NCBI GenBank assembly: GCA_001938485.1
Contig: MQRK01173881.1
Span: 62,001-115,150, forward strand
Reading direction: 5' to 3'
Length of the DNA stretch: 53,150 bases
From: Girardia tigrina
Taxonomy: Eukaryota
In this document: positions 12,987-26,994 of the stretch, piece after piece
Position numbering within the stretch: the first letter of the stretch is position 1
How the letters are laid out: the number at the start of each line of letters is the position of its first letter
Program-made: the position numbers and the translations under genes
The notes under the pieces: generated by a model
Database searches by the model: none
Seen by the model: only the letters and a program-made list of their open reading frames with translations
What the model was told of the DNA's origin: nothing

Positions 12987-15201
12987 TTAATTACATGTAT
13001 CCTATACGGTCAAATATTTCTCATGGATAAAAATTGTGTTGACATTAGAGACAAAAAGAGTAAAAAAATGGTTTAGGTTTTTCAGTTTTACTGCAGTCGC
13101 GATGACAATCTTTTTTAAGCAGGCAACATAAGTGGGGATTTCAAAGCGTCTTAAGAGTTGAGAAGAAAATTCTTTCCTTCTTTTTTATTTTTCAAAATAC
13201 ACAACTTTTAACTGATCAAGAGCAAACTAAGATAGCAACACGATATAAAATGATTAATTCCATTGTTAAATATTAAAGATGGTGAATTGCATAAAAAGGT
13301 AACATGCGACTTTACACCTGTTCTTTGTAAGAATCTGGCGATAGTGCAATAATTGTTTAATCACAGTCTGTAAACATCAAAGTTATGCAAGTCATTCACT
13401 TACACAATACTTTCCATGTTGCATTAGTTATAGAAATTTTTTATCTAGGACCTAAAATCTGAAGACTCTAATTCCAGAATGGAATATTGAATATATTGGG
13501 TATTGTGTGGTATAATGATTAAAAAATGACATTGAAGAACATGCAGATGCGACCAAAGATGACTGTGTGAGGCATAATTGTCGATTTATATCTTCGTCGT
13601 GATATCGCGAATACTGCTATATTCAAATGCTCATAAATTATGCATGGCTCTTCCTTATCTAGCTTGGATAATATTAGTCACTTGATATTCCTACATGATA
13701 TTGTCCCGTCCTATTTTGATCTTACTGAGCGTGTGTAGCATGGCCAACATTTTACAGAGAGTTTAACATGGACCTAATGAATGGATTATAAAAAGTCTAA
13801 AAACGTTGGACGAAAATAGTTCATTCCATCCATGACCGTTTTAGGAAGCCTATTGAAGCTTCGAATTTTTACGTGGAAGCACAGTGAATGACTTTCATAT
13901 TCCCATACAATAAATAATATATGATTTATTTTCAATAAATATGTAATAGAAGTATCGATTTTATTACTGGTCTTTATCGGTTGTCACTTTTTAATTATTC
14001 TTTACTCAAAAGAATTACATTTTATTATTTTGTATTCATCTGTTTTTGTTCTGTAGAACAATCATTTTTCTTTTACTGATTTTTTAGACTCTCGTTCTCA
14101 CTTAGAGACTTTCTAATATTGCATCCCAATGTAATACTTAGATGACTTATGTTTTACTTAATTTATTCTACAATACGTTCGATTGGTCTTGGTCGTCTTA
14201 TTTGTCATGGTTCTTGGAAAGATATTCTTGACAGACTTGTTAGAATACCATTTTCTAATTCTAATTTTCTAAAATTATGACTAAAATTAATCCTGTTTTT
14301 ATGTATTGAAATATTAAAGAATTAAACCATAAAGTAATGAAATCAACTGCAACTCATGGTGAACCTCTGGACTTGCTTGCAGTCATAAAACAGGATTCCA
14401 AACTGTTTGTGCTGACATTTACGATATGAGAGCACTCCAAAAGTTGGCAAGAATTTTTTGGAAAGACAAATATTTGGGACATTACACAATTTTTATGCAA
14501 AACTACATTCACTTATCTTCAATGTTTTACAATATTAATTTATTTTCATTCCATATGTATTTCTATCACATTTTGAGTATCATTTAGTAATTCGGAAAAA
14601 TCATTTTCTTTCTGATGAATCAAAAACTGAAAACATAATTCATATTATTATAGTTTTCAAAAATATTATCAATAAGTCCCCTGTGATGTCTGCTAAGATT
14701 TATTTCGGAATACGAGTAGGTCTTCCTAATCCATCGATCCCTGAGGTCCTTGTCTCGAAGTACCAGTATTGATGTTCCGTTCGATGCAATATTTTATTTT
14801 TGAAAAAAAGTTATCATCAAAAATTTACAAACGTCCAATTTACAGCAATGATGACAACAAATTTGTTCGAAAATTATCTCTCTTACACAAGAAATTCAAA
14901 ATCATCGATTAGCAAACCGAAAAAACAATCCCTGTCAAAATTTTGCCACATAAACAAATTTTAACCTTCAATGATGCGTTTAAACAAATGCATTTTACTA
15001 TTTATTTTCATTTATTTAATTTGTTTTTAATGTAATTATCTTTTCATATTTTTATATACAATATATACACATGTATATAATTATATAACAACAAAAAAAC
15101 GAACAAAAATATCACAGATTGTCATTTCAAATTGAGGGTCAATTGTTCACATTTCAGACTTCGAGAAAAGGGAGAGAAAAAGAGAGAATTCATTTCTTAT
15201 A

Positions 15202-16470
15202 TTAGGTTGGTCGAAAAATAATGGAGGTTTTTGAGCTTTATACTTTATCTACTTTGATATGTATATAAGTTTAAATGCATTAGTGTTAGATATTATTTGA
15301 AATCTTATGCCTAGCTGTATATTCCTATAGTCATTATTAACATATTGATGTTATTTTTTAGAATATTTACGGTGCTAAATTAATAATAGAAAAAATTAAA
15401 ATTCGAGCAATTTTCTTGTACGAATTTAAACTGGGTCGTAAAGCAGCAGAAACGGCTCGCAATATCAATAAAGCGTTTGGCAAGGGAACAGCTTCTGAGC
15501 GCACAGTGCAACGATGGTTCCGAAAATTTTCTGATGGATATGAAAACTTTGAAGATGAAGAAAGTCGTGGTCGTCCAGTTGCTGTGAACAACAACAATTT
15601 GAGGACAATGGTGGAAACAGATCCTCGTACAACAATCAGAGAACTTGCAGATGGGTTGGGCATTAGTCATTCAACAGTCCTGGATCGTTTTAAACAACTT
15701 GTAAAAATCAAGAAACTTGATAAATTGGTTCCACATGATTTGAATGAAAATCAAAAGAACCTACGCTATGAAATTTGTTCTGCCAATCATCTTCGCAATA
15801 AAAACGATCCATTTCTTGATCGTATTGTTACCTGTGATGAGAAATNNNNNNNNNNNNNNNNNNNNNNNNNNNNNNNNNNNNNNNNNNNNNNNNNNNNNNN
15901 NNNNNNNNNNNNNNNNNNNNNNNNNAAGGTTATGGTGACAGTTTGGTGGTGTGATGCTGGAATCATCCACTATAGTTTCTTGAATCCAGGTGAAACAATC
16001 ACAGCGGAGAGGTTCTGTCATGAAATTGATGAAATGCATAAAAATTGAAAACCCTTTGTCCGGGATTGGTCAATCGATAAAGTTCCATCCTTCTTCATGA
16101 TAACGCTAGACCTCATATTTCAAAAGTGACTCTTCAAAAGCTTAATGAGTTGGGCTATGAAACCCTGCTTCATCCACCATATTCACCAGACCTCTCGCCA
16201 ACGGACTTCTACTTTTTCAGGCATTTGTACAACTTCCTACGTGAAAAAAATTTTCAAAAACCAAAATGATGCTCAAAATGCCTTCCAAGAATTCGTCGCT
16301 TCAAGAACCGATGCATCTTATGCTGATGGAATAAAACAACTTGTTTCTCGTTGGCAAAAATGTATTGATGCCAACGGTTCATACTTTGATTAATAAATTT
16401 TTGTTTCTGTGAATTTTCACGTCTTTGAAGTTTATGTCCCAAAGTCGCCATTATTTTTCGACCAACCTAA
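15202..16470 (+). mobile_element. Mariner transposon, cecropia subfamily (Hsmar1-like), disrupted, with assembly gap
   Basis: TIR ttaggttggtcgaaaaataatgg pairs with ccattatttttcgaccaacctaa. Protein IRAIFLYEFKLGRKAAETARNINKAFG..VPHDL..IVTCDEK..HDNARPH..HPPYSPDLSPTDFY. Stops and frameshifts after 16048; gap 15846-15925. Confidence 0.95.
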
Positions 16471-18049
16471 CAATAATAATCAAACAATGATATAAATTAT
16501 GATAACAATTTTGAACTCTGAACAACTGGTATTACAGTTATCTAATTATTGGAAACTGACTATTTTTTTTATGATTTTAATAAAAATATTTCATTTACAT
16601 TGTAATTATGTATTTACAACTTTAGGAAGTAGAAGTGCCATCCACGAAATAAAATGTTTAGGTTAATAATTAGTTTATGGGGAGAAGCACAATTAAAGCC
16701 CATAGCTTTTGTAACTCATGACAGAAAAGATGAATCTCTTTTAAAATAATGCACCTAGTAGATGAATATGTTATTTATATAGCCGAATATATGTAGTAAA
16801 TGTACAGATTTAATGGAAATAATTAAACAAGTTCTGGATGTTTGGAATCATTGATGAGACTTTTATCGTTGTTATAAAAGTATTATAGAGACGTCCGTGA
16901 ATGTCACTGTTCTATGTATGTTTAGAACTGAAGATTCTCAATGTAGGATTTTAGAGAATTCAAAGATAACTGTAACCAAATTTTAAACGTATCTTTAAAA
17001 ATCGATGTTTTTTTATGAATCCATTTTTCATATCATTGACCAAGCCATTGAGGGAGACTTTTGTTCAATAATAATGATAAGTAATGTACATTTCCGAGTA
17101 ATGTATCACCCATTCTTTTTTTTAAAGAATCCAATATAAATGATAAATGGCCTGTAGTGACCACTAAATAAAACATAACCGTTTTGTTAAAATTTTTCCA
17201 AAAAAATTTAATTCACAAAAGAAAAATTATTAAATCCAAATTAACAAATTTTATTATTAATCAATTTTCACCTTCTGTTAAATTTCTTAAAATCAGTAAA
17301 ATCGATAAAAATATTTTTTTCTCGTTTCAATAATAAAACTTTATTATCAATTATAAAAAGAAAAATCGAGAAAAGAAGTTGGAAAACGAATCGAAAGACA
17401 ATAGGACAAATAAAAAAATGACGGACACAATTTTTGATTAATTAAAATAAATAAATTTTTTTGCTTTGTTTTTTTGTGGTTTTGCTCGATAATAAAATGT
17501 CTCTTTTTCGTTATTACACGTCATGTATGAGGCGCTCTAAAACTGTCGTTAATAACGGTGACTGCAAAAACTATAACGAAACAGAAGAATTGAATGTTCT
17601 TTCTGTCACAGAAATTCCCAATTCGATTAAAACTGTGGGATCCGTACTGAGTCGAACCGACGCGAAAGGTACCGCGCAGAAAACCGCCAGTCAAGGTTGT
17701 TCTCGTTTTCGGATAGCAGTATGAAGTCGCGAGGTGGCTAGATTGCGGTCCACGTGTTACATATCGAAAGCCATCGAGTGCCGGTAATCTTCATACGATA
17801 TTTATGAGCCTTGTTTCGTCGTGTTGCAGGATCCGTCCCTCGTGAACACAGACTGAGATACTTGATTCCGGTTCACGGTCAACTATCAGGCAAATATAAC
17901 AGCCCTTTATATTTTTTATTCCTCTTATTTCCTGAACTGAAGTCTGTTAAATACATTTCTGTTAACAAGACAATTTGGGCTCCCATTGCGTAACTGTCAG
18001 TAAAAAAGTACAAGGGTCTCAGGAAAAGCATGTATATAGTGCCAACGTA

Positions 18050-18631
18050 CGAGGGGCGTTCCGAAAGTAAGTGGAAATACTTATATTCGAGTGTGCGCGT
18101 GTGTGTGCATCTTACAGAGGGACAGATGGCGTGGTGGTGTGATGTTCGTACCAGCCAATAGAAATCGAGCAAAAGTGGCATTGGTCCATGCAACATGTGA
18201 GCAGCATAGAGGAAACTGTCATAGGCAGTGTTTTCATTTTTGTTTAACACATGGAAGACGCAGTACGTTCTCAGCGTGCCATCATCTTTTTCCTTTGGAA
18301 AGAGGATACTCCAGTGTCTGATATTGTGCGCCGCTTATCAAATGTGTTTCAAAGAAGAGCCCTGCAGAAGTCTGCCGTCTACAATTGGGTGCATCAATTC
18401 GAAAATGGACGTGAATCCTTGGACGACGAGGACAGGAGTGGACGTCCAGCAACGACGATCACGGTAGAAAATGTGGAAAAAGTGTCGGAGACCATCAATG
18501 CAAATCGCTGCCTTACCATTCGCGAGTTGGCGGAGATGACAGGCCTATCTGAATGACATTGTATTCCTTCAATAAATGCTTTCTTGTGGTATCGTCTCCC
18601 TTTTTTCCACTTACTTTCGGAACGCCCTTCG
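18050..18631 (+). mobile_element. Internally deleted mariner (582 bp) retaining both TIRs
   Basis: TA at 18048-18049 and 18632-18633. TIR cgaggggcgttccgaaagtaagtggaaa pairs with tttccacttactttcggaacgcccttcg. Confidence 0.92.
18251..18556 (+). CDS. Truncated mariner transposase ORF with only the N-terminal HTH DNA-binding region (101 aa)
   Basis: QRAIIFFLW..VYNWVHQFENGRESLDDEDRSGRP..LTIRELAEMTGLS*; uninterrupted, with no DDD catalytic domain. Confidence 0.7.
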   Translation: MEDAVRSQRAIIFFLWKEDTPVSDIVRRLSNVFQRRALQKSAVYNWVHQFENGRESLDDEDRSGRPATTITVENVEKVSETINANRCLTIRELAEMTGLSE

Positions 18632-21446
18632 TATTTTATTTGTCTATTTTGTCAATATAAAAATTAGAATTTAATTTAACAAATAATTTATGAAAGTAAT
18701 ATTAAGAAAGATAATATAATTCCTTAACAATAGCGATAGAATATCTAAATAATATTATGGGTAAACATCAACCTGCCTCAGAATCATTTTTGTATCTATC
18801 AAAGATTGTCTTTATTACTCAGTTGTAGGTCTCATTCTATCCGATCTAACAATTATGATTCTCCAAACAATATTTAGCGATCAAATTGTTACAAAATATC
18901 CTAAAAAAAGTATTATGAGACGTTAAGATCAATTAATTATTGTTTTTTCTTCCGTCTAATCATATCTGCTTCCATGTATGTGATATATAGAAGCTTGTCG
19001 TTTCACTCTTCTTTAAATTTTAATTGAAATAAAATTTTATAAATATAAAATGTACTAGAATTATATCTCGACGAAAAATATTGATTATTTTAAAGAACGT
19101 TCTTTGATTTATAAACGCAAATTGTCATTATTAGATAGTTTTTGGTTTGTAAAGCTCTAAACAATTTGTACATCTGTACGTGTGTCCTGTACTGCAACCT
19201 TAAAATATTTGATTGTAACTTGTTAAAAGTTTAAAGGTCTATGAGATCCTACCAAAATTTTAGGTATAACTAAAGACGATAAAGTTCATTTAGTCGTGGA
19301 ATGATCGACCCGGATCAAAAGTATATACACTGTGATCGGTCAATGATAATTAACGTTTGTTTTATTTCATTTGAAATGAGACCTGTGGAATTTCAACAGA
19401 ATTTAATTAGACTTTTCATTTTTTTTAATATTCAAATCAAAATGTTTGTCGTATTAATTCCAAATAACATTTAACTAATTAAATATTTCTATATTATATA
19501 AACATATTTTAATTTAAATTTCAGATTATCATCATTTTTAAGTAACAATACCTAAAGCTGAAGGTAACATTGTAATGCTAAAGTTAGTTAGATGCTCTGC
19601 CAGTTAATTAAGAATACTTCCTTTTTAGTCTACCAACTGTTTTGGGATTGCTTTTTTATTCTTGTATTTTTCTATTCTCTTTCAGCAATGATTTAGATCT
19701 TTTAGACTTAGACAAGCCATTTTTATTGAGAGTTAATCTTTTAGAAACGAAGTTTTAGTAATTTTAAGAATTAAGCATTTTAAGACCTATTGCTAAGGTT
19801 TGGACGTAATAATGTAGTATTCCTTTCAAGAATTCCAGGAGAAGCGTTTATAATTCTGACGCCCTAATAAAATAATTTATTTCAATCAACAATCAAATCA
19901 TAGGGTGAGTTTCCTGAAATTCTTTATTTTGGATGGAATCCAATGCTAATTTCAACTGTTCAAATCGATGTTCCACCAGAGGAAGAAGAGAAGGATATTC
20001 AATCAAAGGGTCCATAAATTTTGGTTACTAAAATTCCTTTTTAAAAATATTTTTCAAATTACAATTTCATTTTTCTGATTTCTATTTTGTTTTGAAATTA
20101 ATATTTCTTAATTTTATAAATGAAACAATTAAAAAAAATTCTTTTATGGGTTTTTTTAGATAAGATGCAACTTGATGTTTTCAATGGTGACATTTTGCTT
20201 AAGAAAAACATGAAAGATTACCATCTGATTACCGCTTCTGGTGGTTCAAATGTCTTTTATCTTTGTAAAAATTAAATGAAATATTTTTTTATTTATATCA
20301 TTAAATAGTTATTCAAAAATTAATAATTTTATAAAACTTAACTAGTCATAATATTTACATAATTAAATTTATGTCCAATATTATGGTGGTTGTTTATGTT
20401 AGGGTATTGGTGTGATTCTTTCCATGGGCTAATTATCCTCTTTTAATGAAGGAATTTCTGTTTCGCACTTTATTTTCTTACATACTTAACGGTTTATTAT
20501 GTGATTTATGAACGAAACATAATTTATTAATTAATGCATACTTTAATAAATAATAAGGATAATAATAATTATAATGTATAATTCTTATTGATTTTCTAAA
20601 TAAATATCGATTTTAAAACTTTATTTATCATATTGATTAAAAAATATTTGTCAATAAATAAACCATCAACATATAGACGTTTTTTCTTCGACTCTGTATA
20701 ACAGTTCTGAACTATGGCTGATAGGAGTAAGGCGACGTTGTACGACAAAATGATATCCAATTTAAGCTGATTTTTTTAAAGAATGGAGTTCACCTAGTGC
20801 TAAATCATACAAAAATAATGATTCCAGTGTCATATTTAGTAAAAAAAACATCCGGAAAAAGGTGATTCCACCAGGACATGTAATGAGTTGGTACAGTAAT
20901 TACTGTAGACTTACAAGAAACATTTAGTTCCGAAAAGACGAAAAATAGTTCTACGTTCTTTGTATTCGTTGCATATACGGGTGATCATTGTTCAATCATT
21001 TTATGATAAGATCAAAATTGTTTTTTTGATTTTTCTGTTGCTAATCGTAGTTCGTAGAACTTGAGAACCATTAAAACACTGTGCTTCATGTTATATTAAT
21101 CTTTTCAGAAGATTCCTAAAATTTTGTAGCTAATAAAAATAAAATACTAAGAAACTACTTATCTTTTGAAAGTTTTAAGTTTCGCCAAAATAGTTTATTA
21201 TTTTTTTAGTTTTGAAAATTTAAAGGAAATAAATTAGAAAATTAAAATGCAGAGTAAAAATATAATAAAATGAGTACGTGTTTAAAATATGTTTACATTG
21301 ATAGCAATTAATTTATTTTATAAGTGGAATTAGTTTAAATAAAGTTTAAAATAAATAATTAACGGATTAATATTTTTAGAAATAATTTTTTTAATAAAAG
21401 GGCTTATTGTAAATTTAAATTAATTAGTTTTTATGATAAAGTTTCG

Positions 21447-21680
21447 TAAGAATGTAAAAGTATTTTACATTTTAAATTTTTTAAAATATTTTGTAAAAAA
21501 ATGCAAAATTATTTTAAGGTAAAGATTTTGTAAAATGTTTTCAAAAAATGTAAAATTATTTAAGGTTTTAAAATTTGTAAATTTTTTTGGAAAAAATGTA
21601 AAATTATTTTTAAGGTTTAATTTTCGTGAATTTTCAAAATTTAATCGAAAAGAATTGTAAATTAATTTTAGGTGAAATAA
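21447..21680. repeat. Degenerate AT-rich minisatellite, about 47-50 bp unit, about 4 copies
   Basis: Recurrent aaaaatgtaaaattatttt(t)aaggt core. Confidence 0.55.
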
Positions 21681-23310
21681 TTGAATTAATTTGTTTAAAT
21701 ATGTGAATTTTTGATATTAATAAATTTTTGTGGTGTTAAATTATGACTTCAGAATGTGATAATAATGAAAGTGTCTTAAACGCTACTTACAATGACTATG
21801 AAAACTTATTATTCAATTTTGCATACGTTTTATAACTACGGTATTATCGAGACATTTATACTCCACATGTTATACGTCGAAGTTGTCGTCTTTACAAGCT
21901 GATTATGAATAGACTCTGAGTTTCCTTTAAGTCACCTTTTATATATTACAAAAATGTATTTTATTTGTTAATTTTTAGAGTAGATTTTCCATCAGGTTAA
22001 ATGTTAATAACCATAAAATTTTCATGTCTTATTTTAGTTATTTTTTTTGAAAAATTAAAGCATGAGTAATACAAGTATTGTATGATAGTTGAGAGTATTT
22101 AATATGCATATAAATTCTTAAAAACAAATAAAAATATTTTATGTCCTTTAACATTTAGATTAAAGTTTTTTTCTCTCGGAATTCATTTTGTTTTATACTT
22201 TCTATGCGTAAGGTGTTTTAACTCTTTCGTTACCAGGAACATATGTGTACGTTTCTGCATACATGGGTCGAGAAACCGAGGAACGTATATTTTCGATTGA
22301 TGTTTTTACTGAGTTTAAAAGAAGAAAAACGTAAATAAGTGTCTTTTAGGCGCGTATAATAGTGCTGCTGTATGCATTAGTTGCCGAAATTTTATCGCGA
22401 ACAAACTTGTATTTAGAGCATTATAATAGTCCATAACAAAAGGATTAAGTAAAAATAGAGAAAATAGAAAATTGTTAATTAAAATAATTTAAAAAGAAAA
22501 TGTTTGGTATTATTAAAATGTTAGATACAACGTGAATAACATCATCCATTCAGAACAATTTGTCTTTGAGCACGATTCTGGAATGTGTTCTTCTACACCA
22601 GAGTCCCTATGTCTCACATGTTACTTCTGAGTGTGTCATAACTATTCTTTGAGTGCAATGTAATTGTGTTAATAATCTTTAAATACATTTTTTACGTTTT
22701 GCATCACCATTTACATCACCAGATATAGATTGAATCGAAGGATACAAAAACACGCGTGGATTTTAAAAAGTTCTTTAATAAATTTATCAATACAGTCAAT
22801 TAACTCTAAAATCCTATGATACTTATATGTACAATTAATGTAATATTCTATAAAATAAAAATAAATTTAAAATCTTTTCTTCAGTAACTAAATTGATATT
22901 TAAATAAACATCGAATAGTAATATTTTTTTAATAAGTCACAAGACTTATTTAAGTGAATATTATTTATATTTAATAGACTCACTCTTCTTATATAGACAC
23001 AATCCATCTCAGAACTCCGTACTTAACTGAAGCCTCATATACATATATAGATGTATATATACTCAAATTTGAAATTGAAATAAATAATTTAATAGGATGT
23101 TATTGGTGAGCTGGCTTTATTAGATTGCATTGATATGAAAATATACATTTTATTGTAATTTTTAAAGAAAATTATTGTTTTTGGAATTTTGACTTTATTT
23201 TTTTTCAAAATATATTAACTAATTATATATATATATATATATATATATTAAACATAATTTTGTGTTTGTGATGGACAATGAAATGAAAGAAATTTTGAAA
23301 AACATGATCA

Positions 23311-23350
23311 AAGAACATGTTTCGATGTTTTTACATCATCATCAGTAATT
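23311..23350 (-). ncRNA. Degenerate minimal type I hammerhead ribozyme (Penelope-like family)
   Basis: Minus strand reads aatta-CTGATGA-T-GATGT-aaaa-ACATC-GAAAC-AT-GTT-ctttg. Core and stem II are intact, stem I is mismatched. Same family as 43859-43900; (TA)n lies about 60 nt downstream (23225-23248). Confidence 0.65.
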
Positions 23351-24839
23351 ATTAAATAAATCAAAAATAATATTAAAAATTTTATTAATTTGAAAATAAT
23401 TAATTGTTATAAATAATCTGTAAAATAAATATTTAAAACCAAAATTTTTTAAACAGTTATAAAAAAATATNNNNNNNNNNNNNNNNNNNNNNNNNNNNNN
23501 NNNNNNNNNNNNNNNNNNNNNNNNNNNNNNNNNNNNNNNNNNNNNNNNNNNNNNNNNNNNNNNNNNNNNNNNNNNNNNNNNNNNNNNNNNNNNNNNNNNN
23601 NNNNNNNNNNNNNNNNNNNNNNNNNNNNNNNNNNNNNNNNNNNNNNNNNNNNNNNNNNNNNNNNNNNNNNNNNNNNNNNNNNNNNNNNNNNNNNNNNNNN
23701 NNNNNNNNNNNNNNNNNNNNNNNNNNNNNNNNNNNNNNNNNNNNNNNNNNNNNNNNNNNNNNNNNNNNNNNNNNNNNNNNNNNNNNNNNNAGATCTGGAT
23801 TATGAAATTGAAATAGTTCCTCATAAATTTGTTTCAATAATGAAAATTGTAGTAGAAATAAAAGTTTGCAAATTATGAATTCTGATTTCAATCACGAACC
23901 TAATAATTGATATTTACATTTCAAAACTAATTAACAAAACGGTAAAATAAAAAGACAAAGTTTATTTAATAAGGTCAAATATAAAAATAAAAGTGTATAT
24001 ATAAAAATTAATATATATACACCACGTATATATAAATAATAAATAAATATAAAAATAAAGTGAATAAAAGTGTCAAACATTTAACGTAAATATATTTAAT
24101 GATTAAGGTGGCATGAGAATTTATACAATATAACATTAATTATTATTCAAAATGGGTAAAGTATAACCGTATCAATACCTAAAATGTTTGACGAACATTT
24201 GGCCAGTATTATTCAATAATATCTTACTTTACTAAAACGTTATTTTTAATATTTTATAACTTGTTATTTAATTTATCAAAATCAATCCAATTTATTATTG
24301 CTAATAACGAGGTAAAAAACATTCAAACATTTCGTTTGATTACAGTGACCTTATTTGTTTTGATATAAACGATATCTTTTACAAGTTGTATTTAAAATAA
24401 AAATGGTTTTATGTTTCACATCTTCAGGTGTCCTTCATTTTTTTGTCAGGAAAATTTGATCCCTGCACCTATGATTATAGGTTAAATATATATTCAGATA
24501 AATAGTTTAGGACCTTAAAATTTGCACTACTTTGGTAGTTTTTGTCACAGTAAATTATTATCAAAGTTGGGTAGTTAAGTTCAGTGGTCATTAATGATCA
24601 GGATATTTTAAATTTTCATTTTTATTCTTTTATTTACTTCCTTCATAAAGCTTTTCATAGTAATTAAAAAGCTACATGATATGACAAACAAGTCATATGC
24701 AATATGCTATATATGCTATATGCAAGAAGGAAATATTATTTTGTCATGAAGTTAAATTTTTATTGTAGCTATATTATTATAGGTTTAATTTGTATAGTTT
24801 ATTTTAAATTATAATTATAATTTGGAAATTTTTTCAAGT

Positions 24840-25740
24840 AATGATTGATGCAGTGGAATATTGTAGCTTTATAAAGTTTCTTGTACTATGCCATGTTCCC
24901 AGTAGTAATTTTTTCTAATTGAAACACACATATGGCGAGAATTGTTCATTATGCGGAATATGGAAGCTTGTTAGTTTTTGATAACTAAAGGACTAGCTGC
25001 CAATGTGAAATTTTTCACGAAATTAAAGAAATTTGCGAATCTTTACTGTGAGAAGACTAGCGTATCGCAACGCAACTACTGACCGATGCTGTCAATGGGA
25101 GCATATGAACCATACAAGCAATCCTGCATGAATTTTAAGTGAGAAAGCTGGCGTTCAGATTTGTTTCGCGCTTTTTTCATAAGAGACATGTGAGCAGTAA
25201 CTGAGTGCTTTCAGACAAACCTTTTTCTTTCCCAATAGCGTGTAATATCATCACACAATATAAGAAATCTCTCAGTCTAAGTTTGCTAAAGTTTAAACAA
25301 GTCCAGGGAGTGGAAATTTCCATAAGAACCAAGTTCTCAGAAGATATCTTGAACCTCTGACAGAAAAAAAGCCTGATGCTAAGCATTTTTTGGATACCCG
25401 TGGTGTTATCCTTGTAGATGTTGCTGAAAAAATATCAGGCTCAACCATGCATACTACTTTGATCTTGTCTGTAAATACCGACATGCTCGACGAAAACAAC
25501 ATAGCATTACAATTTGGTTTCTCCAGTACAATTCACCAATTCACAAAGATGCAGCACCCATGCAAACTCAGGAGGAAACTAGATTTGACTTATTGAACTA
25601 TCCTCACTAAATTTCAGACCTTACGTCCGATGATTTTTATCGTTTCAGGTAAATGAAGAAACATTTTCGTTGCAAAAAGTTTGTAAATGTTAAGATTTGA
25701 TAGATGTTGAGAGTTACCTGATTTATCAGTCCTAATTTTT
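24840..25740 (+). mobile_element. Highly degenerate mariner transposase remnant
   Basis: Fragments FIKFLV..KHTYGENC, FLDTRGVILVD and LLNYPH*ISDLTSDDFYRF (decayed HPPYSPDLAPSDF); TIRs not recognised. Confidence 0.55.
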
Positions 25741-26331
25741 TTCAAGATTTGTGTGTGCAAATGTCCGTGTGAGCAAATGTCATGCCAAAAAACATTCGTC
25801 CGGAAATGTCATGTGAGGAAACATCCAGTCACTTGGTTGAAATACCATCTATATATTCTTTTATAAATTTTGTTCATTAAATATTCACATTTACTCCATA
25901 ATTATAAATTATTTTCAAGTTAGAATAGAATAAATTATTTTCAACATTTCAATTTAAATTTTTCGAATGATTGATTTGCCATTAATATTTTTCTTTATTT
26001 TTATAACTTTCATATTTTGATAATTATATTCGTTAAAAAACCGTTTTCAACTAGAAACAGTTTGATTTAAAGTATTTTTTGAATTGAAATTTGTTCTTTT
26101 GCCGATATTTGATCAAGTTTTTTCGATAGGTTGTAAAGTTTTCCTTTCCAATTATACCGCTTCTTTATTTATCTTACGGATATTCACATGGATTTGTCCC
26201 TTTTTTTCTTAATAAAGAGTTTATTAAAAAGAAAAGTTAGCATTTGATATTTGGCTATTATACTTTGAAGTTTTCAAAATTTTCTTGTTATGGAAAATGC
26301 ATTTTATGTAAATTGAATTATGTTTTCTATA

Positions 26332-26994
26332 CAGTGTAAGCCGCTTAATAGGACCACATTTGTCCCCAAACCCAACTGGTCCTGTTAATCGACTGGTCCA
26401 ATTAAGCGAAGTGGTGTTATTTTTTGACAAAGTACACTTTTCGAGTTGCTACAAGAGAGAAGTTGGTGGTGACGATTTCATAAGAAGGTGTGAGCTTGCT
26501 GCAGCTCTCGTCAGCAGCCAGTCTGCAACCCTCCCCATTGTGCTCTAGCAAGATTGATGTCGAGTTAGGCGACACATATACACATGCGTACCTGGGATGG
26601 TAAGTGTATGGGGCTACCACCACTAACTGTACGTTTGCTTGCAGGATACTTTTCCTTTTTCTGTGTCCTGTGTGTGTGCTACAAATGTAGCAGGTGCTCT
26701 CTGCAGCTAAAGAGATAAGAACAAATACAGTAAATACAAATTAAGTCAAGACCTGCTTCTTTGTTACGCGTGTATGTGTATGTTGATTAGGGTGGGTGTA
26801 TGACCTACGCTAAAAACACGTTTTTCATGACTTTCATGTTGTTTGAATGGTCAAACAGTTTCATGAGTGGTCCCATTAACCGACTTTTACTGGTCCTATT
26901 AAGCGGCTGCTTTAATATTCGAAACATAGGAAATGATTCGGTCCCACAGAATTTGGTCCTATTAACCAGTGGTCCTATTAAGCGGCTTTCACTG
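26332..26994. mobile_element. pogo/Tigger-type MITE (663 bp)
   Basis: TA at 26330-26331 and 26995-26996. 26 bp TIR cagtgtaagccgcttaataggaccac pairs with gtggtcctattaagcggctttcactg. Multiple tggtcc(t/a/c)attaa subterminal repeats at both ends. Confidence 0.9.

Noticed and set aside
21743-21917. MTSECDNNESVLNATYNDYENLLF.. resembling a GPCR N-terminus
   Set aside because: Too short and interrupted, with no diagnostic motif to support it.
22222-22444. Possible TTAA-flanked piggyBac MITE; similar piggyBac-like starts near 28385 and 35227
   Set aside because: Terminal repeats are too degenerate or one-ended to call reliably.
24410-24430. Minus-strand CTGAAGA-TGT-GAAAC as a hammerhead
   Set aside because: No room for stem II and no stem I or III pairing.
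26380-26985. Regularly repeated tggtcctattaa motifs resembling a CRISPR-like array
   Set aside because: They are subterminal transposase-binding repeats of a TA-flanked pogo MITE in a eukaryotic genome; spacing is irregular and there are no cas genes.
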